A DNA stretch of 64,000 nucleotides, from NCBI GenBank assembly GCA_019244295.1, contig JAFASX010000025.1, forward strand, positions 12,478-76,477, given 5' to 3'. The notes under the pieces are model-generated. The model searched no databases. It had not been told where the DNA came from and saw nothing but the letters and a program-made list of their open reading frames with translations. The stretch comes from Pseudonocardia sp. Its GTDB lineage: Bacteria; Actinomycetota; Actinomycetes; Mycobacteriales; Pseudonocardiaceae. The translations under genes were made by a program, and so were the position numbers. Shown here piece after piece: positions 18,092-29,054 of the stretch. Numbering within the stretch: the stretch's first letter is position 1; the number at the start of each line of letters is the position of its first letter.

Positions 18092-19026
18092 CCGTCCCCG
18101 CGCAGCACGTCCAGCGCATGCCGCAGGTCGTCCGGGTACGGGCTGGTGAACTCGACCCATCGACCATCGCATGGGTGAGCGAAGCCGAGTTGGTGGGCGT
18201 GCAGCCACTGCCGGCTCAGGCCCAGGCTGGCGGCCAGGGCTGGGTCGGCTCCGTAGGTCAGATCACCGACGCAAGGGTGGCGCAAGGCGGACATGTGTAC
18301 CCGGATTTGGTGCGTTCGTCCGGTCTCCAGCGTGATATCGAGCAGGCTGGCCGCCGGGAACGCCTCGACGGTGTCGTAATGGGTGACGCTGGGCCGACCA
18401 CCGGCCACCACGGCGAAGCGCCAGTCGTGCCGGGGGTGGCGGTCGATCGGGGCGTCCACGGTCCCCCGGGACGGGTCCGGGTGGCCCTGCACAATCGCAC
18501 GATAGCGCTTGGTCACTTCACGCCGCTTGAACGCACGCTTCAGCGCGGTGTAGGCGGTCTCTGACTTGGCCACCACCATCACCCCGGTGGTCCCGGTATC
18601 CAGCCGGTGCACGATTCCCTGGCGCTCGGCTGCCCCGGAGGTGGACAGCCGCAGCCCCAGTGCGGCTAGCCCGCCGGTGACGGTCGGCCCGTCCCAGCCA
18701 GGGCTCGGATGGGCCGCGACCCCGACCGGTTTGTCCACGACCACAACGTCGTCGTCGGAGTACAGCACAGTGAGTCCGTCGACGATGGCGGTGGCGTCGG
18801 GCTCGGTCGGCATCACGCGTGCCGGCTCGGGCAGGGTGATCTCCAGCCAGCTGCCAGCCACCAGCCGATCAGACTTGGCCAGTGCCCGTCCGCCCTGGAG
18901 TATCTGGCCCTCCTCAACCAGTCCAGCCACCACCGTGCGGGACAGCCCCAGCAGCCGAGACAGCCCGGCATCCACCCGCATACCGTCTAACCCATCTGGA
19001 ATCGGCAGTGTGCGGGCCGTGCTCAC
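18088..19026 (-). CDS. RluA-family pseudouridine synthase (RluD-like)
   Basis: S4 domain [13 protein letters not shown]; [13 protein letters not shown]; [12 protein letters not shown]; [12 protein letters not shown]; QWLHA. Confidence 0.96.
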   Translation of the reverse strand: MSTARTLPIPDGLDGMRVDAGLSRLLGLSRTVVAGLVEEGQILQGGRALAKSDRLVAGSWLEITLPEPARVMPTEPDATAIVDGLTVLYSDDDVVVVDKPVGVAAHPSPGWDGPTVTGGLAALGLRLSTSGAAERQGIVHRLDTGTTGVMVVAKSETAYTALKRAFKRREVTKRYRAIVQGHPDPSRGTVDAPIDRHPRHDWRFAVVAGGRPSVTHYDTVEAFPAASLLDITLETGRTHQIRVHMSALRHPCVGDLTYGADPALAASLGLSRQWLHAHQLGFAHPCDGRWVEFTSPYPDDLRHALDVLRGDG

Positions 19027-19592
19027 GACTCGTGCCGTCCTCTGCGGTGGCCCGCCCGGGTGCCATCCAGCTCACAACCGAGCAGAGCCAACAACACCAA
19101 CAACGCTCCGCCGGAACAGATCGCCGAGTCGGCGAGGTTGAACACCGGCCATACCGCGCCGTTCGGGGCGAACAGCGAGATGAAGTCGACCACCCGCCCC
19201 ACCAGCGGGCCAGGGGAACGGAAGATCCGGTCGGTCAGGTTGCCCAATGCCCCGCCCAGGACCAAGCCAAGCGCGATCGCCCAGCCGCGCGAGCGCAGCC
19301 GACCGGCCAGCTTGACAATCGTGTACACCACCACCAACGCGACCAAGGTGAGCAACCAGGTCGCCCCGGTCGCCATCGCGAACGCCGCCCCGGCGTTGCG
19401 CACCAGCTGGAAGTAAAACACACCGTTGTACATCCGCACTGGGGCGACGCCCTCCAGCAAATCCACGGCCAGCACTTTGGTCACAACGTCCAGCAGCCAT
19501 ACGAACAACGCGACAACGATCAACAGCGTCACTCGGCGACGACGCCGGGGGCCCCAGTTGTCATTGACCGACGGGTCCCAGCCGTCATCCAC
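19023..19592 (-). CDS. lspA: Lipoprotein signal peptidase II (start uncertain)
   Basis: LDVVTK; VRNAGAAF; [13 protein letters not shown]; VVDFI; [11 protein letters not shown]. Confidence 0.95.
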   Translation of the reverse strand: MDDGWDPSVNDNWGPRRRRRVTLLIVVALFVWLLDVVTKVLAVDLLEGVAPVRMYNGVFYFQLVRNAGAAFAMATGATWLLTLVALVVVYTIVKLAGRLRSRGWAIALGLVLGGALGNLTDRIFRSPGPLVGRVVDFISLFAPNGAVWPVFNLADSAICSGGALLVLLALLGCELDGTRAGHRRGRHES

Positions 19593-19660
19593 TGGCTGAG
19601 GCCAATTGCCGTGCACGGCAAACGCGACGAACTGGGGTGACATGCACATGTCCCAATTGT

Positions 19661-21160
19661 CTATGACTGCCCGGTTTCGCCGCGCCACCGGGCTAACCGG
19701 CCAGCTCGGTCCACCGCTCGAATGCGCCGTTCGGCAACGGTCCGGCTGGTTGAGGTCGCTACCATCAGCAGTTGGTCTAGTTCGCGCAGCCGGGTACCCG
19801 GACCCGGGGTGAACCCGACACCGTCACGTACCACCAGGCTCACCGTGGCTCCGGTCGGTAGCCGCAGCTCGCGCAGGTACACGTTGTGAAGCTTGGATCC
19901 CAGCGGTACCCGGACCTGCAGCAGATCAGCTGACAGCTCATCCAACGGCGCGGCGTCTACTTCGATCTCGGTGGCCTCGGCCGATCTCGCGACCGCCAGC
20001 AGCCGGGCCACCCAGGGCAGCGTGCTGCCCTGCAGCAGGGTCAGCAACACCACCAGGACCAGCACGACGTCGACGAGGAGCCGAGCCGAAGCATTGCCCG
20101 GCTGCGCGGTAAGCGGGATCAGCGCCAACACGATCGGTACCGCGCCACGCAACCCGGCCCAAGACAAGAACGCCTGTTCGCGCCACGGCACTCGGAACGG
20201 CGATGCGACAACCACGACCGACAACGGCCGTGCGAGCACTAAAAGCACCGATCCGGCCGCCACAGCCGGTAGTAGCGCACCAGCCAACGCCCTCGGTGAT
20301 GCGTACAGTCCGAGTAGCACGAACAGCCCTATCTGCGCCAACCAGCCGGTTCCTTCGGCGAAGGACAACACGTCGCTCCGATGCGGAAGCGCGGCGTTGC
20401 CCAGGATCAACGCGGCAACGTAGGTGGCCAGGAACCCCGACGCGTGCAAAGACTGGCCGACGGCGTAGCCGAGCACGCACACCGAAAGGGTGGCCAGCGG
20501 ATAGAGCCCGGTCGCCGGCAACGCGGCCCGGCGCAGCGCCCATGTCCCACCTAAGCCAAGCAACGCGCCAACCGCCCCACCCACGGCCAGCTCGAATATC
20601 ACTAACACCGGGCTCCACCACCGCAGCGGTTCGGCCGAAGAAAGCAGCACCACCGCGATCACCACCGGGGCGTCGTTCAGACCGGACTCCAGCTCCAGCG
20701 CCCCTACCAACCAGCGTCGCACCCTGACTCCCCGCAGCACGCTGAACACCGCCGCCGCGTCTGTGGAGGACAACACCGCCGCCCAAAGAAACGCCGTTCG
20801 CCAGCCCAAACCGAGCAACAGGTGCAGCGCGGCGCCGGTGACCGCGATGCTCACCGCCACCGAGGCGGTGGCCAGCGAGATCCCCACGCCAAGCGCGGGG
20901 CGCACATCGGCCCAGCGGGTGGTCAGGCCTCCCTCAGCAAGGATCAACACCAGCGCAGCCATACTGAGTGACTCGGTGAGCATCGCGTTGGAAAGGCGCA
21001 CACCCAGCCCCGATTCGCCAAGCAACATTCCGATGCCGAGGTAGAGCAACAACGACGGCAGGCCCAGTCGCACTGAGACGCGCACCGCCACCACACTCAA
21101 CAGCACGACAGCGGCCCCGATGCCCAATGCCGCGTCCAGGGAGAATCTCAACTGGGCCAC
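19661..21160 (-). CDS. Potassium/proton antiporter (NhaP2/CvrA, CPA1) with C-terminal RCK_C
   Basis: GLPSLLLYLGIGMLLGESG; SSTDAAAVFS; LELESGLNDAP; WAGLRGAVPIVLA; LRELRLP. Confidence 0.92.
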   Translation of the reverse strand: MAQLRFSLDAALGIGAAVVLLSVVAVRVSVRLGLPSLLLYLGIGMLLGESGLGVRLSNAMLTESLSMAALVLILAEGGLTTRWADVRPALGVGISLATASVAVSIAVTGAALHLLLGLGWRTAFLWAAVLSSTDAAAVFSVLRGVRVRRWLVGALELESGLNDAPVVIAVVLLSSAEPLRWWSPVLVIFELAVGGAVGALLGLGGTWALRRAALPATGLYPLATLSVCVLGYAVGQSLHASGFLATYVAALILGNAALPHRSDVLSFAEGTGWLAQIGLFVLLGLYASPRALAGALLPAVAAGSVLLVLARPLSVVVVASPFRVPWREQAFLSWAGLRGAVPIVLALIPLTAQPGNASARLLVDVVLVLVVLLTLLQGSTLPWVARLLAVARSAEATEIEVDAAPLDELSADLLQVRVPLGSKLHNVYLRELRLPTGATVSLVVRDGVGFTPGPGTRLRELDQLLMVATSTSRTVAERRIRAVDRAGRLARWRGETGQS

Positions 21161-21178
21161 CGCCGCCGGCCCACAGCG

Positions 21179-22462
21179 TCAGTCCGCGCGAAGCGCCAGC
21201 TCAGCGAGCACCATGCGCAGCGCATCCACGGCCCAACTCAGCTCAGCACGAGTGACGACGAGCGGAGGAGCCAGTCGGATCGTCGAACCGTGGGTGTCCT
21301 TGGCCAGGACGCCCCTGCCGAGCAACCGCTCGCACACCTGCCGCCCGGTGCCCAACCGGTCATCGATGTCGACTCCAGCCCACAGCCCGATGCAGCGCAC
21401 CCGCCGCACGCCGTGGCCGATCAGGTCTCGCAGTTCGCCGGCCAGATGCTCGCCGAGTTCGCTGGCTCGCCGCTGGTACTCCCCGGTGCGCAACAGCTCA
21501 ATGACCGCCCGGCCTACCGCGCAGGCCAGCGGGTTACCCCCGAACGTCGAGCCGTGCTCGCCTGGCCGCAGGACACCCAAGATCTCGCGGTCGGCGACGA
21601 CCGCCGAGGCCGGCAGCACCCCGCCGCTAAGCGCCTTGCCGAGCAAATACATGTCGGCATCGACGCCGAAATGCTCGCACGCCAGCGTGCGGCCAGTACG
21701 GGCCAGCCCGGACTGGACTTCGTCGGCGATGAACAACACATTCGCGAGCGAGCACAGCTCGCGGACCCTGGCTAGATAGCCCGGCGGCGGGAGGATTACT
21801 CCGGCCTCGCCCTGCACCGGCTCCATCAGCACCGCCACCGTGTTGTCGTCGATCGCCTCGGCCAACGCGTCGGCATCACCGAACGGCACCGCCCGAAAAC
21901 CGGGAGTGTAGGGCCCAAAACCGGCCCTGGCCGCTGGATCGTCGGAGAAGCTGATGATCGTGGTGGTGCGGCCGTGGAAGTTACCGCCGGCCACCACAAT
22001 CGTGGCCCGCCCATCCGGCACCCCTTTGACCTGGTAGCCCCACTTGCGCGCCACCTTGATGGCGCTCTCCACGGCCTCAGCCCCGGTGTTCATCGGCAGC
22101 ACCATCTGCTTACCGATCAGCTCGGCCAGCTCAGCGCAGAACGGCCCGAACCGGTCGTGCCCGAACGCACGGCTGATCAGCGTCACCCGCTCGAGCTGAG
22201 CCCGCGCGGCGGCCATGATCCGTTCGTTGCGGTGGCCGAAGTTCACCGCTGAGTAAGCCGACAGGCAATCCAGGTAACGCTGGCCGGCGACGTCAGTGAC
22301 CCAGGCGCCTTCAGCCTCGGCGACCACCACCGGCAGCGGTGCGTAATTGGGCGCGGCATGCGCCTCCTGCAGCCGCAGGTGATCCGTCACGTCACGCACC
22401 GTCTCGCCCGGTGGCGTCCAGGCTGGCTGCCTGGGGAGGGCTCGGTCGTCAAGCAAACTCAT
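21179..22462 (-). CDS. rocD: Ornithine--oxo-acid aminotransferase
   Basis: AHAAPNYAPLPVV; YLDCLSAYSAVNFGH; PMNTGAEAVE; EPVQGEAG; DEVQSGLARTG; LGKALSGG; HGSTFGGNPLAC. Confidence 0.95.
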   Translation of the reverse strand: MSLLDDRALPRQPAWTPPGETVRDVTDHLRLQEAHAAPNYAPLPVVVAEAEGAWVTDVAGQRYLDCLSAYSAVNFGHRNERIMAAARAQLERVTLISRAFGHDRFGPFCAELAELIGKQMVLPMNTGAEAVESAIKVARKWGYQVKGVPDGRATIVVAGGNFHGRTTTIISFSDDPAARAGFGPYTPGFRAVPFGDADALAEAIDDNTVAVLMEPVQGEAGVILPPPGYLARVRELCSLANVLFIADEVQSGLARTGRTLACEHFGVDADMYLLGKALSGGVLPASAVVADREILGVLRPGEHGSTFGGNPLACAVGRAVIELLRTGEYQRRASELGEHLAGELRDLIGHGVRRVRCIGLWAGVDIDDRLGTGRQVCERLLGRGVLAKDTHGSTIRLAPPLVVTRAELSWAVDALRMVLAELALRAD

Positions 22463-23319
22463 GATCTGATCTCCAATGTGCAGCACTTCGCTCCGCCGCC
22501 GGCCTTGTGCAGCTCAGAAAGGTCCACCCCGATCGGCTGGTAGCCCCGCTCCCGCAGCTGCTCACTCAACCGCGTTGCCCGTTCAGAAAGCACCACGTGG
22601 CGGCCGTCGGACACGGCGTTGAGCCCGAAAACGGCGGCGTCCCGCGCGGTAGCCAAGATGGCGTCCGGGAACAGTTGGCGCAGCGTGCGACGACTCGCCG
22701 CGTTGAACGCCTCAGGATAGTAGGCCACGATGTGCTCGTCGAGCACAGCGAGCGCGGTGTCCAAATGGTAGAAACGAGGATCCACGAGGCGCAGTGACAC
22801 CACCGGAAGACCGAACAACCGTGTGACCTCGGCATGCGCGCCTGGCGTCGTGCGGAATCCGGTGCCGGCCAAGATCAGCTGATCGCGCCCGCCGCCGACC
22901 ACCAGGAAGTCGCCTTCTCCCTCGTTGACCTGCTCAGCCTCGGTGACCGAGCGCAGCCCGGCGCCGCGCAACCAGCTCAGATAAGCCGACGCCTCGCCAG
23001 CGCGTTCTGGATGGGCGAACCGCACACCCAACGCGTGCCCGTCGGTGATCAACCCGCCGTTGGCGGCGAAAACCATGTCCGGCAGCCCCGGAACGGCCGC
23101 GATGAGCTCGACGGTGTGCCCGAGATCCAGATAGATCTGGCGCAGGACATCCCATTGCCGCCGGGCCAGCGCCGGATCGACCGGCTCAGCCAGGTTCATC
23201 CATGGATTGATTACGTACGTCACCGCGAAATGATCAGGCGGGCACATGAGGTAGCGCCGGGGGCGGGCCCGACGCCCGACCACCGAGGTGGCGGTTGATG
23301 GCTCAAGAAGGATGGTCAC
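22459..23319 (-). CDS. ddaH: Dimethylargininase / amidinotransferase family
   Basis: YLMCPPDHF..TYVINPWM; LPDMVFAANGG; NEGEGD; FYHLDTAL; KAGGGAKCCTLE. Confidence 0.92.
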   Translation of the reverse strand: MTILLEPSTATSVVGRRARPRRYLMCPPDHFAVTYVINPWMNLAEPVDPALARRQWDVLRQIYLDLGHTVELIAAVPGLPDMVFAANGGLITDGHALGVRFAHPERAGEASAYLSWLRGAGLRSVTEAEQVNEGEGDFLVVGGGRDQLILAGTGFRTTPGAHAEVTRLFGLPVVSLRLVDPRFYHLDTALAVLDEHIVAYYPEAFNAASRRTLRQLFPDAILATARDAAVFGLNAVSDGRHVVLSERATRLSEQLRERGYQPIGVDLSELHKAGGGAKCCTLEIRS

Positions 23320-23448
23320 GAAGCACACGGTAAGTCGGGACTCAAACGCAATCAACGCCATTGATTTGCGCGTATGTGTACGGTTTTTGGCGAATTCTGG
23401 CCACTAACAGTGGTTTATTGCGTCGAGCCCGACCGGCACCATGACCCG

Positions 23449-23886
23449 ATGGATCTCATAGACCAACGCATCGTGGAGTGTCTGCTGCGCAACGGCCGAG
23501 CCACCTACGCCGAGATCGGCTCATACGTGGGGTTGTCCACGCCCGCCGCGAAACGCAGGGTGGACCGGATGCGCGCTAGCGGGGCGATTCGAGGCTTCGC
23601 CGTGCTCGTCGACCCCTCCGCGCTCGGCTGGACAACCGAGGCTTATGTGCAGCTGTACTGCCGGGGCACGGTGTCACCGGAGGAACTGCGCCGCAGCCTC
23701 GAGCAGATACCCGAGGTGGTCGGCGCCTGCACGGTCTCCGGCGCCGCCGATGCCTTGCTGCACATGTTGGCCAGCGACATCCAGCATCTGGAAGTGGCCA
23801 TGGAACGGGTTCGCGACGAACCCAATGTGGACCACACCGAGAGCGTCATCGTGCTCTCCCGACTGATCGACCGAGGGCGCGGCTAA
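23449..23886 (+). CDS. Lrp/AsnC family regulator, divergent from ddaH-rocD
   Basis: MDLIDQRIVECLLRNGRATYAEIGSYVGLSTPAAKRRVDRM...G.IRGF; VSGAADALLH. Confidence 0.93.
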   Translation: MDLIDQRIVECLLRNGRATYAEIGSYVGLSTPAAKRRVDRMRASGAIRGFAVLVDPSALGWTTEAYVQLYCRGTVSPEELRRSLEQIPEVVGACTVSGAADALLHMLASDIQHLEVAMERVRDEPNVDHTESVIVLSRLIDRGRG

Positions 23887-23924
23887 GCGACGCAGCTGAT
23901 TGACACAGCTGATCGACGTGGCGC

Positions 23925-24746
23925 TCACCAGGCCAGGGTGACGGTGGCGCATGGCCGGGGTGGGATGTCCGCCAGCGCGCTGGCCACTTCGTCTACCCTG
24001 GTCGACGGCAAGCACAACCGTCGCGCTATCCACACCGGGTCCTCCGGCCCGAGGCTCGGGCGTTCCCAGCGGGTGACCGACGGCGTGATGCCCAGCTCGG
24101 CGAGTACGGCGATAGCATCGTCGGCGGTGGCCGGCTCCGGGCGGTGCACGTCGTGGAAACGTGCCCACAGCGGGTCCAGCCAGGCCATCGGATGCCGCGC
24201 GGTGAGCTCCATCACCACGCCTCGGCGGGCTGCGGTAGTCAACGCCACCACGAACGACGTGAGGTCAAGGGTGTTGTAGCCAACATGGTGGCACAACACC
24301 GCGTCGGCGGACCCGGCTTCGTCGGCCACCGAGGGCCACTCCCCCAACACCGTGCGAAATCGGATGCCCCGGGCGCGACAATCCGCGGCAAATACCTCGA
24401 GCATGCTGGGATCGTGGTCGATCCCGACCAGCTCCCCCGCGCGGTCGGCCACCGCGATCGAGGCCGAGCCGCCACCGCAGCCGACATCGAGCACAGCGCC
24501 TGGCTCACCATCGCCTCGGTCATCACTGAGCAGCGCAAGCGCGGCATCCCGCGAGGGGCTGTTGAGGGGCTCGGCGGGAGCCGCGAAGCGCGCCGGGTTG
24601 TGCCGCCACGGACTGACCTCCGCGGCTTCGAGGATTTCCGGTGGGACGGCGCGAGCCTGCTGCAACTGCCGCCAGCGGTCGGCGGCGCAGCCGTGGACGC
24701 CTCGGGGCGGGTGATTCGTCGGCACGCTCTTTGTCTGCCCGGTCAC
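23925..24746 (-). CDS. Class I SAM-dependent methyltransferase
   Basis: VLDVGCGGGSAS; VGIDHDPSML; ADAVLCHHVGYN. Confidence 0.85.
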   Translation of the reverse strand: MTGQTKSVPTNHPPRGVHGCAADRWRQLQQARAVPPEILEAAEVSPWRHNPARFAAPAEPLNSPSRDAALALLSDDRGDGEPGAVLDVGCGGGSASIAVADRAGELVGIDHDPSMLEVFAADCRARGIRFRTVLGEWPSVADEAGSADAVLCHHVGYNTLDLTSFVVALTTAARRGVVMELTARHPMAWLDPLWARFHDVHRPEPATADDAIAVLAELGITPSVTRWERPSLGPEDPVWIARRLCLPSTRVDEVASALADIPPRPCATVTLAW

Positions 24747-24785
24747 CGCTCCAGCATGACAGCAACCCAAGGGCACCGCTGCTGG

Positions 24786-25325
24786 TCAGCTCGGTTCGAC
24801 TGATTCGCTCGGGCGCAGCTCGGCGGCACGCAACCGCATGGTCAGCACTTGCAGAACATCGCGCAGGCTGGCGATCTCCGCCGGAGTCATGCCGGTTGCT
24901 CTGGCTAGTTGAGGGGGTACGACCTCAACCGCTTCCCGCAGGCGAGCGCCGGCCGGCGTCAGGTGCACCACTACCGAACGCGCGTCCGAGGAACTACGCC
25001 GACGGCTGATGAACCCAGCTTCCTCAAGGCGGACCAGGATCGGCGATAACGTGGCGGACCTCAGCTGCAGCCGGTCACCGAGCTCCCCGACCGCCATCGA
25101 CCGCCGTTCCCAGAGCACCAGCATCGCCAGATACTGCGGATGGGTCAGCCCCAGGGGAGTAAGCAGCGGCCGGTAACAACTCGTCATAGCTCTTGACGCG
25201 GCAACTAGCGCGAAGCACAGCTGCGTGTCGAGCGTCATGCCCTCCGGGTACGGTTCCGTCTCGCCGGTCACCGCCTCCGCGATCGGCCGAGCGGGTCCGT
25301 TCTGGTTGTTCATCACGTCCAGCAC
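24786..25325 (-). CDS. MarR family (OhrR-like) regulator
   Basis: LDTQLCFALVAASRAMT..YRPLL..LGLTHPQYLAMLVLWE; TLSPILVRLE..G.I.RRR. Cys in the QLCF motif. Confidence 0.9.
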   Translation of the reverse strand: MLDVMNNQNGPARPIAEAVTGETEPYPEGMTLDTQLCFALVAASRAMTSCYRPLLTPLGLTHPQYLAMLVLWERRSMAVGELGDRLQLRSATLSPILVRLEEAGFISRRRSSSDARSVVVHLTPAGARLREAVEVVPPQLARATGMTPAEIASLRDVLQVLTMRLRAAELRPSESVEPS

Positions 25326-25585
25326 ACCAGATTAACCACGTCCGAAGTGTTCCATTTTGGCTGATAGTACGAAAAGCACAGCGAAAGCTCCGCCAATCCC
25401 GACCCCGTGCCAACCGAACGGCTGGCAACCGATGGGGGCCACGGTTCATCAGCCGACCGCAGCGACGGATAGTGCATATGTGGGAACCTCCCATGGGCGC
25501 CTGAGCTTTCCATGTCGCCAGTTCAGTTTTCAATTAGTTACCACGGTCTGGCGATCCCCATACGAGTGAATTAACATGTCGTGAC

Positions 25586-28500
25586 CTAGCTTTCCGTAAC
25601 GGTTCGGGCCTCCACCAACACTCGGACCCCGGCGCCACCGGTCACCGTGCCCGTCAACGTCGGGGTATCTACTCTGCCAAACGACACCGTGTTCGCCAAC
25701 ACCTCGCCGGCGAGGAACTCCTGGTGCGCGCGTACGGCGTCGAGCACATCACCGGGCGCGTCCAGGGTGACGCTGATTCGGTCGGAGACGTCCAACCCGG
25801 CCTCCCGCCGGGCCTGCTGCACCAGCCGCACCACGTCCTTGGCCAACCCCTCAGCGGCCAGCTCCGGGGTGACCTCGGTATCCAGAACCACGAGCCCAGA
25901 GCTGCCCGGCAACGCCGCCGTCGCCTGGGCTCGGCCGTCCACCGCATCGCCGGCCACCAGTCGCTCGGAGTATTCCCCGGGCAGCAGATCAATGCCGGTG
26001 ACGGTGACGGTGCCGTCGGCCGTCTGATGCCACTCCCCCGCCTTCACCGCGCGGATCACCTTTTGGGTGTCACTACCCAACCGGGGCCCACAGACCCGTG
26101 CGTTCACGGTGAGCTCGAAGCGGCCGTAGCGAGCCACGTCAGTGGACAGCGTCACCGTGCGCACGTTCACCTCGTCGGCCAGGATGTCCGTGAAAGGTTC
26201 CAGCACGGCGGCGTCAGCCGCAGCCACCACCAGAGTGCTCAGCGGTAGCCGCACCCGCAGACCCTGAGCCTTGCGCAGCCCCAACGCAGCCGAAGCCACC
26301 TGGCGGACCCGGTCCATCCCAGCCACCAGCTCCGCGTCCCGAGGTAGTTCCTCGGCGGACGGCCACTCGGTGAGATGCACTGAACGACCGCCGGTCAATC
26401 CCCGCCAGATCGCCTCGGTGGTCAACGGCAGCAGCGGCGCCGCCACTCGGCAGGTCACCTCGAGCACGGTGTGCAGCGTGTCGATCGCGTCCTGGTCGCC
26501 GGCCCAGAACCGGTCCCGGGAGCGCCGGACATACCAGTTGGTCAGCACCTCAGCGTGATCACGCACCGCGAGGCAAGCACCGGCGACATCGTAGCGATCC
26601 TGCGCGCCAGTGACCGTGTCGACCAGCTCGGCCGTCTTGGCCAGCACATAGCGGTCCAATACATGCGAAGAGCTGACTGTCCCGCTGTGTCCTTCGCTAC
26701 CGGCGGCGTTGGCGTACAGCGCGAGGAAGTACCAGGTGTTCCACAGCGGCAGCATCGCCTGCCGCACCCCTTCGCGGATACCCTGCTCGGTAACCACCAA
26801 GTTGCCGCCACGCAGGATCGGCGATGACATCAGGAACCAGCGCATCGCGTCACTGCCGTCGCGGTCGAACACCTCCCGAACGTCCGGGTAATTGCCCTTC
26901 GACTTGGACATCTTCATGCCGTCGTCGCCCAGTACGATGCCGTGGGCGATGCACGATTCGAACGCCGGACGGTCGAACAGGGCCGTGGCCAGCACGTGCA
27001 GGGTGTAGAACCAGCCCCGGGTCTGTCCGTTGTACTCCACGATGAAGTCACCCGGGTAGTGGTACTCGAACCAGTCTGTATTTTCGAAGGGGTAGTGCAC
27101 CTGGGCGAATGGCATCGAGCCGGACTCGAACCAGCAGTCCAGCACGTCAGGCACCCGGCGCATGGTCGAACGCCCGGTCGGGTCATCTGGGTTCGGTCGG
27201 GTCAGCTCGTCGATGTACGGCCGGTGCAAATCGGTCGGGCGCACACCGAAATCACGCTCCAGCTCATCCAGCGAGCCATACACGTCGGTACGTGGGTAGC
27301 GCGGATCGTCGGACTGCCAGATCGGGATGGGGCTGCCCCAGTACCGGTTGCGCGAGATGTTCCAGTCCCGCGCGCCTTCCAGCCACTTGCCGAACTGACC
27401 GTCGCGGATGTTCGCCGGCACCCAGGTGATCTGTTTGTTCAGCTCCACCATCCGCTCCCGGAACGCAGTGACCCGCACGAACCACGAGTCCACCGCCCGT
27501 TGGATGAGCGGGTTACCGCATCGCCAGCAGTGTGGATAGGAGTGCTGATAGGTCTCGTGGCGCAGCAATACCCCCTGCGCATATCCGGCGGTGCGCTCCT
27601 TCAAGTCCCGGATGATGCGCGGGTTCGCGTCGAACACCAGCATTCCCTCGTACGGCGGCACCTCGTTGGTGAACTCGCCTCGGGCGTCGACCGGCACCAC
27701 CACCTCGATCCCGGCGGCGTCGGTGACCGCCTTGTCGTCCTCACCGAAAGCGGGGGCAATGTGCACAAGACCGGTGCCGTCTTCGGTAGTCACGTAGTCC
27801 GCGGACAGAATCTGGTGTGCGTTCGGTCGGCCGGTGAAGAAATTGAATGGCGGAATGTACACCGTGCCGACCAGCTCGGCGCCAGTGTAACGACGCAGCG
27901 GCGTGGGGTGTTCGCCCAGCTCACGGGCGTAATGCGCAAGCCTTGCCTGCGCCAGCAGATACCGCCGCCCATCCGCTTCGACGAGGGCGTACTCGACCTC
28001 GGGGTGAACCGCGACCGCGAGGTTGGACGGCAATGTCCATGGCGTCGTTGTCCACACCAGCAGAAACGCATCATTCAGCTCTGGGTCGGCTGAGACTATC
28101 CGCAGGCCGACGGTGACCGCTGGGTCTTGCCGGTCGAAGTAGACGTCGTCCATCTTGGTCTCGGTCGACGACAGCGGCGTCTCGCAGCGCCAGCAGTACC
28201 ACAGCACCCGGAAACCCGAGTACACCAGTCCGTTGTCCCACAGCCGCTTGAACGCCCAGATCACGCTTTCCATGTAGGGCAAGTCAAGCGTCTTGTAGTC
28301 ATTGTCGAAGTCCACCCAGCGCGCCTGGCGGGTGACGTACTCGCGCCATTCCGAGGTGTAGCGCAGCACCGAAGATCGACAGGCATCGTTGAATGCCGCG
28401 ACGCCCATTTCCTCGATCTCGGACTTGTGCTTGATACCCAGCTGGTGCTCGGTCTCGACCTCAGCGGGCATCCCGTGGGTGTCCCAGCCGAAGCGGCGTT

Positions 28501-28792
28501 CCACGTGCCGGCCCCGCATGGTTTGGTACCGAGGGACGACGTCCTTGGCGTAGCCGGTTAGCAGATGGCCGTAGTGGGGTAGGCCGTTGGCAAACGGCGG
28601 GCCGTCGTAGAAAACGAACTCGTTGCTGCCGTTCTCACCGGCCGGGCGCTGGTCCACCGAAGCCTGGAACGTCCGATTGGCGTCCCACCACGCCAAGGTG
28701 GCGCACTCCATTGCTGGGAAGGACGGCTGAGCCGGGACCTGCCCTGGCTCATCGCCGCTCGCTCCGGTGATGCTGACCTTGGGGTACACCAT
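25586..28792 (-). CDS. ileS: Isoleucine--tRNA ligase
   Basis: [16 protein letters not shown] (HIGH); GWDTHG; [12 protein letters not shown]; [11 protein letters not shown]; KMSKS. Confidence 0.98.
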   Translation of the reverse strand: MVYPKVSITGASGDEPGQVPAQPSFPAMECATLAWWDANRTFQASVDQRPAGENGSNEFVFYDGPPFANGLPHYGHLLTGYAKDVVPRYQTMRGRHVERRFGWDTHGMPAEVETEHQLGIKHKSEIEEMGVAAFNDACRSSVLRYTSEWREYVTRQARWVDFDNDYKTLDLPYMESVIWAFKRLWDNGLVYSGFRVLWYCWRCETPLSSTETKMDDVYFDRQDPAVTVGLRIVSADPELNDAFLLVWTTTPWTLPSNLAVAVHPEVEYALVEADGRRYLLAQARLAHYARELGEHPTPLRRYTGAELVGTVYIPPFNFFTGRPNAHQILSADYVTTEDGTGLVHIAPAFGEDDKAVTDAAGIEVVVPVDARGEFTNEVPPYEGMLVFDANPRIIRDLKERTAGYAQGVLLRHETYQHSYPHCWRCGNPLIQRAVDSWFVRVTAFRERMVELNKQITWVPANIRDGQFGKWLEGARDWNISRNRYWGSPIPIWQSDDPRYPRTDVYGSLDELERDFGVRPTDLHRPYIDELTRPNPDDPTGRSTMRRVPDVLDCWFESGSMPFAQVHYPFENTDWFEYHYPGDFIVEYNGQTRGWFYTLHVLATALFDRPAFESCIAHGIVLGDDGMKMSKSKGNYPDVREVFDRDGSDAMRWFLMSSPILRGGNLVVTEQGIREGVRQAMLPLWNTWYFLALYANAAGSEGHSGTVSSSHVLDRYVLAKTAELVDTVTGAQDRYDVAGACLAVRDHAEVLTNWYVRRSRDRFWAGDQDAIDTLHTVLEVTCRVAAPLLPLTTEAIWRGLTGGRSVHLTEWPSAEELPRDAELVAGMDRVRQVASAALGLRKAQGLRVRLPLSTLVVAAADAAVLEPFTDILADEVNVRTVTLSTDVARYGRFELTVNARVCGPRLGSDTQKVIRAVKAGEWHQTADGTVTVTGIDLLPGEYSERLVAGDAVDGRAQATAALPGSSGLVVLDTEVTPELAAEGLAKDVVRLVQQARREAGLDVSDRISVTLDAPGDVLDAVRAHQEFLAGEVLANTVSFGRVDTPTLTGTVTGGAGVRVLVEARTVTES

Positions 28793-28799
28793 GTCGCGA

Positions 28800-29030
28800 T
28801 CTCCTCGTGCAGCTGAACTCGCTCCGCACGGGGACGAACCGGACGGCGTCCGGACCGCGGTACCACCCCGCTTGCCGCCAAACCACGCTGCTCGACGACC
28901 ACTCATTACTGACGGCTATGACGGGCCGCACCCGTCCGGTTCTACTGAGGCGCCGAATTTACCCCCGAGCAAGCTGAGGACAACGACACCCGTTCTTCCG
29001 GAGGCTCCCCGGTGATGGCCGGATCAGTGC
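28800..29030 (-). promoter_or_regulatory. Actinobacterial ileS translational T-box riboswitch
   Basis: Minus strand GATCCGGCC-ATC-ACCGGGGAGCC (Ile specifier ATC at 29016-29014); CAGTAGAACC; T-box AAGCGGGGTGGTACCGCGG (28873-28855); anti-SD TCCCCGTGC can pair with GCACGAGGA covering the SD. Confidence 0.92.
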
Positions 29031-29054
29031 CTGACGTGAACAGGGTACCTCGGG

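Noticed and set aside
25326-25585. AT-richer intergenic stretch as a possible sRNA
   Set aside because: No convincing stem-loops, terminator or known motif identified by eye.
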